DNA of 64,000 nt from a virus. Lineage: Duplodnaviria; Heunggongvirae; Uroviricota; Caudoviricetes. Position 1 is the stretch's first letter. Every line of letters starts with the position of its first letter. Of this stretch, positions 55,565 through 62,928 are shown piece by piece. The notes below the pieces were generated by a model that was not told where the DNA came from, searched no databases, and saw only the letters and a list, made by a program, of their open reading frames with translations. The stretch is taken from IMG/VR virus record IMGVR_UViG_3300047480_000504; one strand, written 5' to 3'. Both the position numbers and the translations under genes were made by a program.

Positions 55565-55854
55565 TGCTGAGCCTACTTTCAAGTGTAGGCAATTATATTC
55601 GAAATGACTGGCAAGAAAATCCAGTGCGCTGTGTGCTGGAAATTCTTGCTTGGTTCTTAAGCATTGGCTGTAGCTTCACTATGATGCTAACAGTTCCTAC
55701 ACCACCGTTCCTAATATTGTATCCGCTGTTTATTTTACAATGTGGTATCTTTGCTTGGGCGGCACGTACTCGTGGTAGCGTTGGTATGCTAGCCAACTAC
55801 CTACTACTAGTCACCATTGATACTATTGCATTGGTAAAAATGTGGATGCAGTAA
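55564..55854 (+). CDS. small membrane protein
   Basis: ATAATG overlap with the upstream gene. Three hydrophobic segments. Confidence 0.4.
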   Translation: MLSLLSSVGNYIRNDWQENPVRCVLEILAWFLSIGCSFTMMLTVPTPPFLILYPLFILQCGIFAWAARTRGSVGMLANYLLLVTIDTIALVKMWMQ

Positions 55855-56142
55855 ATGGAACAGCACGTTTCAGTTCATCATTGGCGCTATGAAGATGGTT
55901 GGCACAATGTGCCTGCTGTCTTACGTAAGAAAGGTGACGTTGCCCGAGAGTTTATTAAAGAAATCGTAGGATGGCATTGCTGGGTTTATTGCAACAACCA
56001 CTATGAATTCATTGAATGGATGATGGAACATTGTCCCCAAGCCGATTGTACTCCACGATTTAACTCCGGCGACCCAATGATCACTGTACATATTAAAGAC
56101 AAAGACGAGGCGGCATACTTTATGCTGAACTTTAATGTCTAA
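55855..56142 (+). CDS. WS-array family member (divergent C-terminus)
   Basis: FIEWMMEHC mid-motif, with C-terminal DKDEAAYFMLNFNV. Confidence 0.45.
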   Translation: MEQHVSVHHWRYEDGWHNVPAVLRKKGDVAREFIKEIVGWHCWVYCNNHYEFIEWMMEHCPQADCTPRFNSGDPMITVHIKDKDEAAYFMLNFNV

Positions 56143-56413
56143 GTGGTTAAACTATAACTTGTATCTTGGCGATGCAGTCGAAGAAGAAGTTTACGAGTGG
56201 CTAGCTGAAAACATCGCTCCTGTGCTAATGACAACTCAAGCCGAATACGATTACTTTAAAATGTATCACGGCGATCACGATTTGTGGATCATGCACTCAG
56301 CAGACGTAAGTGATGTAAGCAGTAGTTCTTGGGATACTATAACGCAAATTAGCTTTAAGAATAAAGAAGATGCGCTACTGGCCAAGCTACGATTTGGAGG
56401 CTCAATCCAATGA
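56135..56413 (+). CDS. WS-array family member (divergent)
   Basis: VYEWLAENIAPV mid-motif, with C-terminal NKEDALLAKLRFGG. Confidence 0.45.
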   Translation: MSKWLNYNLYLGDAVEEEVYEWLAENIAPVLMTTQAEYDYFKMYHGDHDLWIMHSADVSDVSSSSWDTITQISFKNKEDALLAKLRFGGSIQ

Positions 56414-56655
56414 GCTGGTTAGTACCAAAGTACACATTAAAAAAGGGATGGGGCCATACAGTCCGCCTGGTTGATCCTTATGCTGACTCAAATGAATTTG
56501 GTAGTATAGTCGATTACGAAGCAGTGGACCGTATCCTGGAATGGTCCACTGAAAACTCGTGCGGGACCAGAATTGGATACGACATGTGGAAATTTAGGTC
56601 GCAAGAAGAAGCAGAAGAGTTTATAATGGTGTTTACGTTAAGATACGGAAAGTAG
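56410..56655 (+). CDS. WS-array family member (divergent)
   Basis: ILEWSTENSCG mid-motif, with C-terminal SQEEAEEFIMVFTLRYGK. ATGA overlap. Confidence 0.45.
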   Translation: MSWLVPKYTLKKGWGHTVRLVDPYADSNEFGSIVDYEAVDRILEWSTENSCGTRIGYDMWKFRSQEEAEEFIMVFTLRYGK

Positions 56656-56656
56656 T

Positions 56657-56851
56657 ATGAGAGTTCTAAACAAACGCCATTGGCCCATCCAGTTTGATTT
56701 GCCCGTCAAGGACATGCACACAACTGATGATCGTATCATTTGGCTAAGGGAAAACTTTTCCAATGATGTGTGGCGTTTTAACGAACATAATTCTACATTT
56801 TGTTTTGCCAACAAAGATGATGCTGTAATGTTTAAGCTGGCCTGCTCATGA
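56657..56851 (+). CDS. WS-array family member
   Basis: IIWLRENFSND mid-motif, with C-terminal NKDDAVMFKLACS-stop. Confidence 0.5.
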   Translation: MRVLNKRHWPIQFDLPVKDMHTTDDRIIWLRENFSNDVWRFNEHNSTFCFANKDDAVMFKLACS

Positions 56852-57036
56852 CAACTTACGTGACATTGCCATTTAGGCCGTATCGAGAACCACTTGACTG
56901 GGCTAAAGAAAATTGCCCCAGTTATATCAGCAATGATGTACACATGGACGGATATAACAGCTACGACAATACTCGAATTGACTACTTCTTTGGCAACGAA
57001 GAAGATGCTATGTTGTTTAGGTTAGCGTGGTCATGA
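56848..57036 (+). CDS. WS-array family member
   Basis: LDWAKENCPSY mid-motif, with C-terminal NEEDAMLFRLAWS-stop. ATGA overlap. Confidence 0.5.
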   Translation: MTTYVTLPFRPYREPLDWAKENCPSYISNDVHMDGYNSYDNTRIDYFFGNEEDAMLFRLAWS

Positions 57037-57308
57037 GTTATAACGGCGCCGCAAAGTTTTTACCAGATAATTGGAGTCCTGTGGAATACACTATTATTAC
57101 AGATGGATGCGATTGCTATTCATGGCGTGAAGTTTATGCCTGGTGGCCAGTTAAAACCATCTACGGAGAACGTGTGTGGGGTGAACGAGTTTTTAAACGT
57201 AAGGTCTGGATAGCTTGGGGATCTATGTTTCATATGGAACCACATGTACAGTATGCAACTGCTTTTGATTTGATTACATATGACCCTAATAAATGCTATA
57301 ACATCTAA
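57033..57308 (+). CDS. small protein, second paralog family (WPVKTxxGERxWG)
   Basis: YAWWPVKTIYGERVWGERVFKR is shared with 61495..61707. ATGA overlap. Confidence 0.45.
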   Translation: MSYNGAAKFLPDNWSPVEYTIITDGCDCYSWREVYAWWPVKTIYGERVWGERVFKRKVWIAWGSMFHMEPHVQYATAFDLITYDPNKCYNI

Positions 57309-57714
57309 GTATCGTACTTGGCAAGAAAATCGTTTCTTAAAGAAGCATGGATGTGAGACTCGTGAGCAATATGATTATCGCTATGATCCAGACCGTGTGC
57401 CCTGTGCTACACAAATAAGAAACTATTACCAGGGCTATCAGCATGTACATTGTTTTGAGAACCGAGAAAACTTTGTTTACAAAACCATTTACGATTATGG
57501 CCCTGGTGGCTACAGAGACGGCTTTGATGAAATTTACGAATGGTGCGAAGAAAACTTGTTAGGCAAATGGCGCTATGATATGCTTCGTGTCATGAAGTGG
57601 CCAAGCACCGGTAATCAATGGGAAATAAACGAACTGGGTGGTGGAGACCATTGGTTCTTTGCTTTTCAAAACGACGAAGACTATTTTATTTTTAAACTGC
57701 AATGGGGTCAATGA
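57280..57714 (+). CDS. WS-array family member
   Basis: IYEWCEENLLGKWRYD mid-motif, with C-terminal QNDEDYFIFKLQWGQ-stop. Confidence 0.45.
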   Translation: MTLINAITSKYRTWQENRFLKKHGCETREQYDYRYDPDRVPCATQIRNYYQGYQHVHCFENRENFVYKTIYDYGPGGYRDGFDEIYEWCEENLLGKWRYDMLRVMKWPSTGNQWEINELGGGDHWFFAFQNDEDYFIFKLQWGQ

Positions 57715-58154
57715 TGAACACCACTTATTTTACAGATGAAGAACTGATCAACTACACCATCAAGTTCAGCAATGATCCTGAGAAGATTCGACTTGCAACT
57801 GCAATGGAACGTATTCGTGGTGCCATTTGGGATGACTTGGTAGATGTTGGCATCAACGAAACCTATTGCACGTTTACATCTGAATGGGGCTCTGAAATGC
57901 ATGTGGGTCGTTATATCTCTCACTTACGTGAAGAAATTGATATCCGCGACGAAGAATTACAACAACTACGAGACGAAGTTAAAGAGCTACGGGCACGTAC
58001 CATTATGGACTTTATCCAAGAGGTCAATCAAGAGCTCGAAACTGCCAAGTACCTTGTTAAAGAAGCAGAGGCAGCACGTGATCGAGAACATCAAGCCCGC
58101 CGCAAAGCCGAACGTGAACTTGAAATGTGGGACGTATTGACACACGGCAAGTGA
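57711..58154 (+). CDS. coiled-coil protein interrupting the array
   Basis: ATGA overlap. Charged, heptad-rich C-terminal half. No WS motif. Confidence 0.45.
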   Translation: MMNTTYFTDEELINYTIKFSNDPEKIRLATAMERIRGAIWDDLVDVGINETYCTFTSEWGSEMHVGRYISHLREEIDIRDEELQQLRDEVKELRARTIMDFIQEVNQELETAKYLVKEAEAARDREHQARRKAERELEMWDVLTHGK

Positions 58155-58411
58155 TGACACAGCGACATATCGTACAAGAGCCAGGTAGGCACCACGGTGC
58201 TCGCTATCACACACTGAAACCAGAAGGGTATACCCCTAACTGGGAAAATCAAACCTGGCTTGAAATGGTAGAGTGGTCAGTAGAGCAGTATGGGGTCGCC
58301 GGTGATGTATGGGGCGAACCAGGTGTTTGCCATCGTTGGTACGTGAATAACGCAAAGTTTTGGTTTCGTGATGAAGAAGATGCTGTAATGTTTATATTGA
58401 GGTGGTCATAA
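58154..58411 (+). CDS. WS-array family member
   Basis: TGATG overlap. EMVEWSVEQYG mid-motif, with C-terminal RDEEDAVMFILRWS-stop. Confidence 0.5.
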   Translation: MTQRHIVQEPGRHHGARYHTLKPEGYTPNWENQTWLEMVEWSVEQYGVAGDVWGEPGVCHRWYVNNAKFWFRDEEDAVMFILRWS

Positions 58412-58653
58412 TGAACGTGGAAAATTTAAGATCAATGGCATGGCGTTGGGGCATCGAAGTGGCACCTACTATAACATCTTGTCCGCCTGAAGCCAGATTC
58501 ATTACAGGTGATCAATCAACTGATGGGAAGCTTCACTACTTTGAACAAGACAGCGGGCTACAGTTGACCTTGTCGGCAGATTCTACAATGATTACAGATT
58601 ACCAGGTAGTTGACAAAGAAAAGTTTGTAATGTTTATATTGAGGTGGTCATGA
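58411..58653 (+). CDS. WS-array family member
   Basis: TAATG overlap. C-terminus KFVMFILRWS-stop. The last 25 nt are identical to the end of the upstream gene. Confidence 0.45.
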   Translation: MNVENLRSMAWRWGIEVAPTITSCPPEARFITGDQSTDGKLHYFEQDSGLQLTLSADSTMITDYQVVDKEKFVMFILRWS

Positions 58654-58961
58654 TAACAGATGAAATGAAACAACGTATTATGAATACCAATCTTTGCAAA
58701 GAGATCATAATGATGCCAAGCAAAATACGTGGTGCCTTGGGCACAGGTTTTACTATGCATTATGACGACTGGTTCTTTCCAGGGTATAATAAAACGTACT
58801 GGCCTTATCAGCACACTCCGTCAAGGTTGATTCCGGTCCGTGACCTAGAACGCTGGTGCTGGGATAATATCTCGCATGGCTGCTACTGGCGAAACTATCA
58901 AACGCACTTTGCATTCAAACGCAAAGAAGATGCAGCCTTGTTTATGTTGACCTGGTCATGA
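58650..58961 (+). CDS. WS-array family member
   Basis: ATGA overlap. LERWCWDNISHG mid-motif, with C-terminal KRKEDAALFMLTWS-stop. Confidence 0.5.
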   Translation: MITDEMKQRIMNTNLCKEIIMMPSKIRGALGTGFTMHYDDWFFPGYNKTYWPYQHTPSRLIPVRDLERWCWDNISHGCYWRNYQTHFAFKRKEDAALFMLTWS

Positions 58962-59158
58962 AATATTATAACAAGAAAAAGATTGAAAGAAGTCTATGGA
59001 CTCGCGTCACAGTATCTTCTAATGACTACAACAAAGAAAGATTTTTATGGTGCCAGCGTCAAGAAAGTACTGGAAGGTTTTACAGATACTACGGAAACTT
59101 CAGCTGGTGGTTTGAACATAAAGAAGATGCCGCACTTTTTATATTGACTTGGTCATGA
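58958..59158 (+). CDS. WS-array family member
   Basis: ATGA overlap. C-terminus EHKEDAALFILTWS-stop. Confidence 0.5.
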   Translation: MKYYNKKKIERSLWTRVTVSSNDYNKERFLWCQRQESTGRFYRYYGNFSWWFEHKEDAALFILTWS

Positions 59159-59418
59159 AAGATAATATTCACGAATTCATTGATGCGTGGAAAGTGTACG
59201 ATCACCAGCACAAAGGTGATGTTGACTGGAATAGTCGTTTTCGATGTGGCGGCTATTATTCTGCCAACGTTAGTAGAGACAGCATAATGCACAAATGGAA
59301 TCAAATGCACAAGTGGTGCGAAGAACACATTGGCCAGCAAAGGTATGCCTGGACAGGTTCGACCTTTTGGTTTGAAACCAAAGATGACATGGCATTTTTT
59401 ATATTGACCTGGTCATGA
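59155..59418 (+). CDS. WS-array family member
   Basis: ATGA overlap. MHKWCEEHIGQQRYAW mid-motif, with C-terminal ETKDDMAFFILTWS-stop. Confidence 0.5.
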   Translation: MKDNIHEFIDAWKVYDHQHKGDVDWNSRFRCGGYYSANVSRDSIMHKWNQMHKWCEEHIGQQRYAWTGSTFWFETKDDMAFFILTWS

Positions 59419-59669
59419 CAGTAACTTATACTACAAACGATGCATGGCCGGGAGTAAAGTTTCCAGTGTTGCACAAAGTCACGTATGCTAAAACTGTAGA
59501 TAATATGCAAGCACAGTATCAACGAAGTTATAAAGATTGCTTAGTAGATGAATGGCTCAAGACAAACTGTCGTAGCCCCTACTACCGCAGTCCAGGATAT
59601 CTCACTGAAAAGTTTATACAATTTGAATGCAATGAGGAGGCAGCGTTGTTTGCGCTGACATGGGCATGA
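59415..59669 (+). CDS. WS-array family member
   Basis: ATGA overlap. C-terminus CNEEAALFALTWA-stop. Confidence 0.5.
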   Translation: MTVTYTTNDAWPGVKFPVLHKVTYAKTVDNMQAQYQRSYKDCLVDEWLKTNCRSPYYRSPGYLTEKFIQFECNEEAALFALTWA

Positions 59670-60046
59670 AGACAGACGATGTTATTAGAATGATTGAAGA
59701 GATGAAAGCTGGATTAGCAAAGCACCAGCCTGTACTGGCCGCGCCCGACATGCACGGACACTGTACAGTGGATGCAGGCGTATTCTACGCACCTCGCTTT
59801 CCAAAAACTCTTGCGGCTCTTGGCAGGCTACCTGTGAACAAACATAAATTCAGCCGTGCCAAATGGTATGTGGCAGAGTATGATTGGGTCCATTACGGAG
59901 AAGTCCTGGCATGGTGTAAGGAACAGTTTGGACCACATCCTGCTCGACCTGATGCATGGTCGCGTTGGTGGGACAGGTACGAAGGCAAGATATTCTTACG
60001 TGATCCAGAAGATTACATTATGTTCAAGCTACGGTGGGGCGAATGA
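59666..60046 (+). CDS. WS-array family member
   Basis: ATGA overlap. VLAWCKEQFGPH mid-motif, with C-terminal RDPEDYIMFKLRWGE-stop. Confidence 0.5.
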   Translation: MKTDDVIRMIEEMKAGLAKHQPVLAAPDMHGHCTVDAGVFYAPRFPKTLAALGRLPVNKHKFSRAKWYVAEYDWVHYGEVLAWCKEQFGPHPARPDAWSRWWDRYEGKIFLRDPEDYIMFKLRWGE

Positions 60047-60399
60047 GCAAGTTAGAAATAAGAAAGCTGTTCACACTACCCAATGGTATTCATTTTCCTT
60101 GTGGACTAAACTTTAGAGAAAAACTTTGGTGGAGATTCATGCCCGGGGTGATCATCAATGTGCGGTGGCCCAAGGGTTGGGTGACTCTATATGAAGACTC
60201 TGACGGATCAAAAGTGTCTGCCGAATCAGCAGATCCAAACGACCATTACAGGCCCTGGATGGAAGCCAATGTGGGTAGACAAAAATGGGACTGGGACTGG
60301 GGCATGGCGGACCGAGACGCAACGGACAACCGTCTTACAATAAAGATTAGGCAAAAGCACCAAGACTGTGCTATAATTGCAAAACTAATGTGGAGCTGA
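60043..60399 (+). CDS. WS-array family member (divergent)
   Basis: ATGA overlap. C-terminus HQDCAIIAKLMWS-stop. Confidence 0.45.
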   Translation: MSKLEIRKLFTLPNGIHFPCGLNFREKLWWRFMPGVIINVRWPKGWVTLYEDSDGSKVSAESADPNDHYRPWMEANVGRQKWDWDWGMADRDATDNRLTIKIRQKHQDCAIIAKLMWS

Positions 60400-60401
60400 C
60401 T

Positions 60402-60767
60402 ATGAATGAAACACTGATCCTGATTACCTTGCTTTTTACCAAGCATTTTGTAGTAGATTTTCCACTACAAAAACCATACCAGTATCTAAACAAAGGCACT
60501 TATGGGCACCCAGGAGGCATCCTACATTCGGGCCTGCATGGTATTTTTACTGCACTTTGCTTTTGGTGGTGGGCACCTATGGCATGTTTGGCATTAGGCG
60601 TGATTGACATGGTTATACATTATCACATTGATTGGGCCAAGATGAACATCAACAAAAAGTACGGTTGGGGTGCAAACACACACGAAGAATTTTGGTGGTT
60701 GTTGGGCTTGGATCAATTCCTGCACGCCTTAACCTACGTTGCTCTTGTGGCCTTGGTGACAGTATGA
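60402..60767 (+). CDS. small multi-TM membrane protein (DUF3307-like)
   Basis: Three or four hydrophobic helices with an HYHIDW motif. Confidence 0.4.
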   Translation: MNETLILITLLFTKHFVVDFPLQKPYQYLNKGTYGHPGGILHSGLHGIFTALCFWWWAPMACLALGVIDMVIHYHIDWAKMNINKKYGWGANTHEEFWWLLGLDQFLHALTYVALVALVTV

Positions 60768-61096
60768 TGCCCGCAGTTGATTTTTTTAAAACTGGTGGCT
60801 TCCGTCCCGGCGAAGTTATTGTTTATGCAGGCGGCTTTGGTGTAGGCAAGAGCAAGTATTACGCCATGGCTGATTCAGCAAAACCTGTAGCAGAAGTCAT
60901 TGACCAAGCCACTGTTGATGGAGCAACATGGTACACTGTTAGTTGCCGCAAGGATGTATCCGTATGGGTACGCGAACACGGGATTGAAAACAAAGAGTGG
61001 TACGAGCATATCGACGGTAAGTGGATGGTGCATAAAAACGTGTTTGACATGCACGAAGAACTGTACGCATATCTTAAACTATCATGGGGTGAATAA
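60764..61096 (+). CDS. WS-array family member (divergent)
   Basis: ATGA overlap. C-terminus HEELYAYLKLSWGE-stop. Confidence 0.45.
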   Translation: MMPAVDFFKTGGFRPGEVIVYAGGFGVGKSKYYAMADSAKPVAEVIDQATVDGATWYTVSCRKDVSVWVREHGIENKEWYEHIDGKWMVHKNVFDMHEELYAYLKLSWGE

Positions 61097-61263
61097 TGAC
61101 CTGGCGAGCAATGAACTGCAACGAAAACTGTAAAAAAGAGTACTCGGAAGAGTACGATGCATACTACTGCGAAACTTGCAATGCATGGTTAGAAGATACC
61201 TGCGATGATGCCAACTGTGAGTATTGCACAAAGCGACCAGAATACCCTGTCACACATGGCTGA
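61096..61263 (+). CDS. small Cys-rich zinc-ribbon-like protein (55 aa)
   Basis: TAATG overlap. Cysteine pattern CNENC ... CETC ... CDDANC ... EYC. Confidence 0.3.
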   Translation: MTWRAMNCNENCKKEYSEEYDAYYCETCNAWLEDTCDDANCEYCTKRPEYPVTHG

Positions 61264-61492
61264 AGTTAAAATATTTGCAGAAAACGCCAAAGGACAGAAG
61301 CTAGTAGGCGATAGCCGCTATGTTATGACCGATCAAGAGCTGTACGACGATATTGTCACATGGTGCCATGAGAACAACATTAAGGCCAGGACCGTAAACA
61401 CCGAAGCATGGAGTCAAATGATTTTTAAGTCTCTGCTATGGCGTATCGACAACATTAATGATCGCGCATTGTTTGCATTAAGGTGGTCATAA
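61256..61492 (+). CDS. WS-array family member
   Basis: Overlaps the upstream stop (ATGGCTGA). IVTWCHENNIKART mid-motif, with C-terminal NDRALFALRWS-stop. Confidence 0.5.
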   Translation: MAEVKIFAENAKGQKLVGDSRYVMTDQELYDDIVTWCHENNIKARTVNTEAWSQMIFKSLLWRIDNINDRALFALRWS

Positions 61493-61494
61493 AG

Positions 61495-61707
61495 ATGAAT
61501 ATAGGACCACATGATACATTTATCGCCAGGAAGATAGAAATAAGTCCTTGGCGGCTTTGGTTTGCATGGTACCCTGTTAAAACCACTAACGGTGAACGAG
61601 CATGGGGTAGAAAAATATATCGACGTTGCATCAACACTTATGTTGATTACGATGATTGGCGGCATTATGAATACGCAGATATGTTTGACGTATTAGGTGA
61701 TGAGTAA
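61495..61707 (+). CDS. small protein, second paralog family (WPVKTxxGERxWG)
   Basis: FAWYPVKTTNGERAWGRKIYRR. Confidence 0.45.
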   Translation: MNIGPHDTFIARKIEISPWRLWFAWYPVKTTNGERAWGRKIYRRCINTYVDYDDWRHYEYADMFDVLGDE

Positions 61708-61952
61708 TGGAATATTTTTGGAGCGACGGTGGCAACAACGACCCTTACTTTAGTCATAGGATTAAGGTACCAAAGTGTACAGCAGACATGTATGACTGGT
61801 GTGCCGAGTTTGACGATGAGGGCAAATACTTTCGCCGTTGGCATGTTCAATGGCAAGCAAATCGTCCCCAACGAGATTATGACGTTGTGCAATTTGAATG
61901 GCGGGAAGCCGCAAATATGTTTTTGCTAACCTGGGGCGGACAATACCTATGA
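61707..61952 (+). CDS. WS-array family member
   Basis: TAATG overlap. MYDWCAEFDDEGKYFRRW mid-motif, with C-terminal WREAANMFLLTWGGQYL-stop. Confidence 0.5.
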   Translation: MEYFWSDGGNNDPYFSHRIKVPKCTADMYDWCAEFDDEGKYFRRWHVQWQANRPQRDYDVVQFEWREAANMFLLTWGGQYL

Positions 61953-62278
61953 ACAAAACTGCAATGCAAGTAATGCAAGATGCCCATGAGGCAAGGTTAA
62001 AGCATCACGATGCAAAAATAAAGAGATTGGAAGAAAAGTATGCCGAAGAGGCTGCAAAGATCTTACAAGAAGAAATTGACTGGGAACTTATCGCTGACAT
62101 GATGGTTGCAGTTGGTTGGACAAAGGTCGAACTTCCAAAGTTCTTTGCTTCTGGCATTACACTTGATATGAACAATTGGCTACACAATGAATGCAAGCAT
62201 CATTGGAAGCATCGTGCTAATACATGGGTCTTTGAAAACAAAAACGAAGCGGCCCTTTTTAAACTAACTTGGAGTTGA
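61949..62278 (+). CDS. WS-array family member
   Basis: ATGA overlap. WLHNECKHHWKHRANTW mid-motif, with C-terminal ENKNEAALFKLTWS-stop. Confidence 0.5.
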   Translation: MNKTAMQVMQDAHEARLKHHDAKIKRLEEKYAEEAAKILQEEIDWELIADMMVAVGWTKVELPKFFASGITLDMNNWLHNECKHHWKHRANTWVFENKNEAALFKLTWS

Positions 62279-62279
62279 T

Positions 62280-62501
62280 ATGTACGACGAATTTACCTGG
62301 GACAATGCCAAAGACGATCCTATGTGCGTTGAGATTAAACATCATGGGCGTACTGTAATGAGATTTGCCATTGGCGAAGCAATGGAAGGCGCCGGACGTA
62401 AGCGTGTGATGGCTCATGTACGAGAATGTGATCACTCACCGTGGCTCAAAGAATGGCACCAACAGGCTCAAGACGAAATGCTTGACAATCTCAAACAATA
62501 G
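62280..62501 (+). CDS. hypothetical protein
   Basis: Starts 2 nt after the last WS gene. Contains the promoter for the next gene in its 3' end. Confidence 0.4.
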   Translation: MYDEFTWDNAKDDPMCVEIKHHGRTVMRFAIGEAMEGAGRKRVMAHVRECDHSPWLKEWHQQAQDEMLDNLKQ

Positions 62502-62510
62502 TGCTATACT
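62482..62510 (+). promoter_or_regulatory. sigma70-type promoter
   Basis: TTGACA at 62482-62487, a 17-nt spacer, and TATACT at 62505-62510. Confidence 0.55.
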
Positions 62511-62515
62511 GATAT

Positions 62516-62911
62516 ATGACTGAAGAAATCAAAAAACAAGAAGTAATGGATGCATTACATGAGTCGGGCAGACAATTTGCCAAGTTAGCCGACGACTGGC
62601 AACAAATGGCAAACTCATATTACTCAAGCCTTGAACCAGAAGAACAACTATGGGCCTTTTGTGCAGTAGTTGAAAAGTTATGCAAAGGCGAACTCGACGA
62701 GAATCGTAGCTACAGGGGCATCTTATACGATACATTTGGTTGGGGTCCGGAAGCGTATGCAGTTGCACAACATGCTGGCTTTTTAGGGCTACACAATTCC
62801 ATCTACCGTTTTGAAGACCTTGAGCATGTGTTGGCCAATACCCTAAAAGAACTTGAAATTGAAGTAGAACCGGACAAGTTGTCCCAAGCCTTGGCAAGAC
62901 ACTTCTATTAA
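62516..62911 (+). CDS. hypothetical protein
   Basis: ORF directly upstream of the DNA polymerase gene. Not RegA-like. Confidence 0.45.
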   Translation: MTEEIKKQEVMDALHESGRQFAKLADDWQQMANSYYSSLEPEEQLWAFCAVVEKLCKGELDENRSYRGILYDTFGWGPEAYAVAQHAGFLGLHNSIYRFEDLEHVLANTLKELEIEVEPDKLSQALARHFY

Positions 62912-62928
62912 AGAGAAATACATAATAC

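Noticed and set aside
62516-62911. A T4 RegA translational repressor upstream of gene 43, as in T4 gene order.
   Set aside because: There is no similarity to the RegA sequence. The order differs from T4 in this phage.
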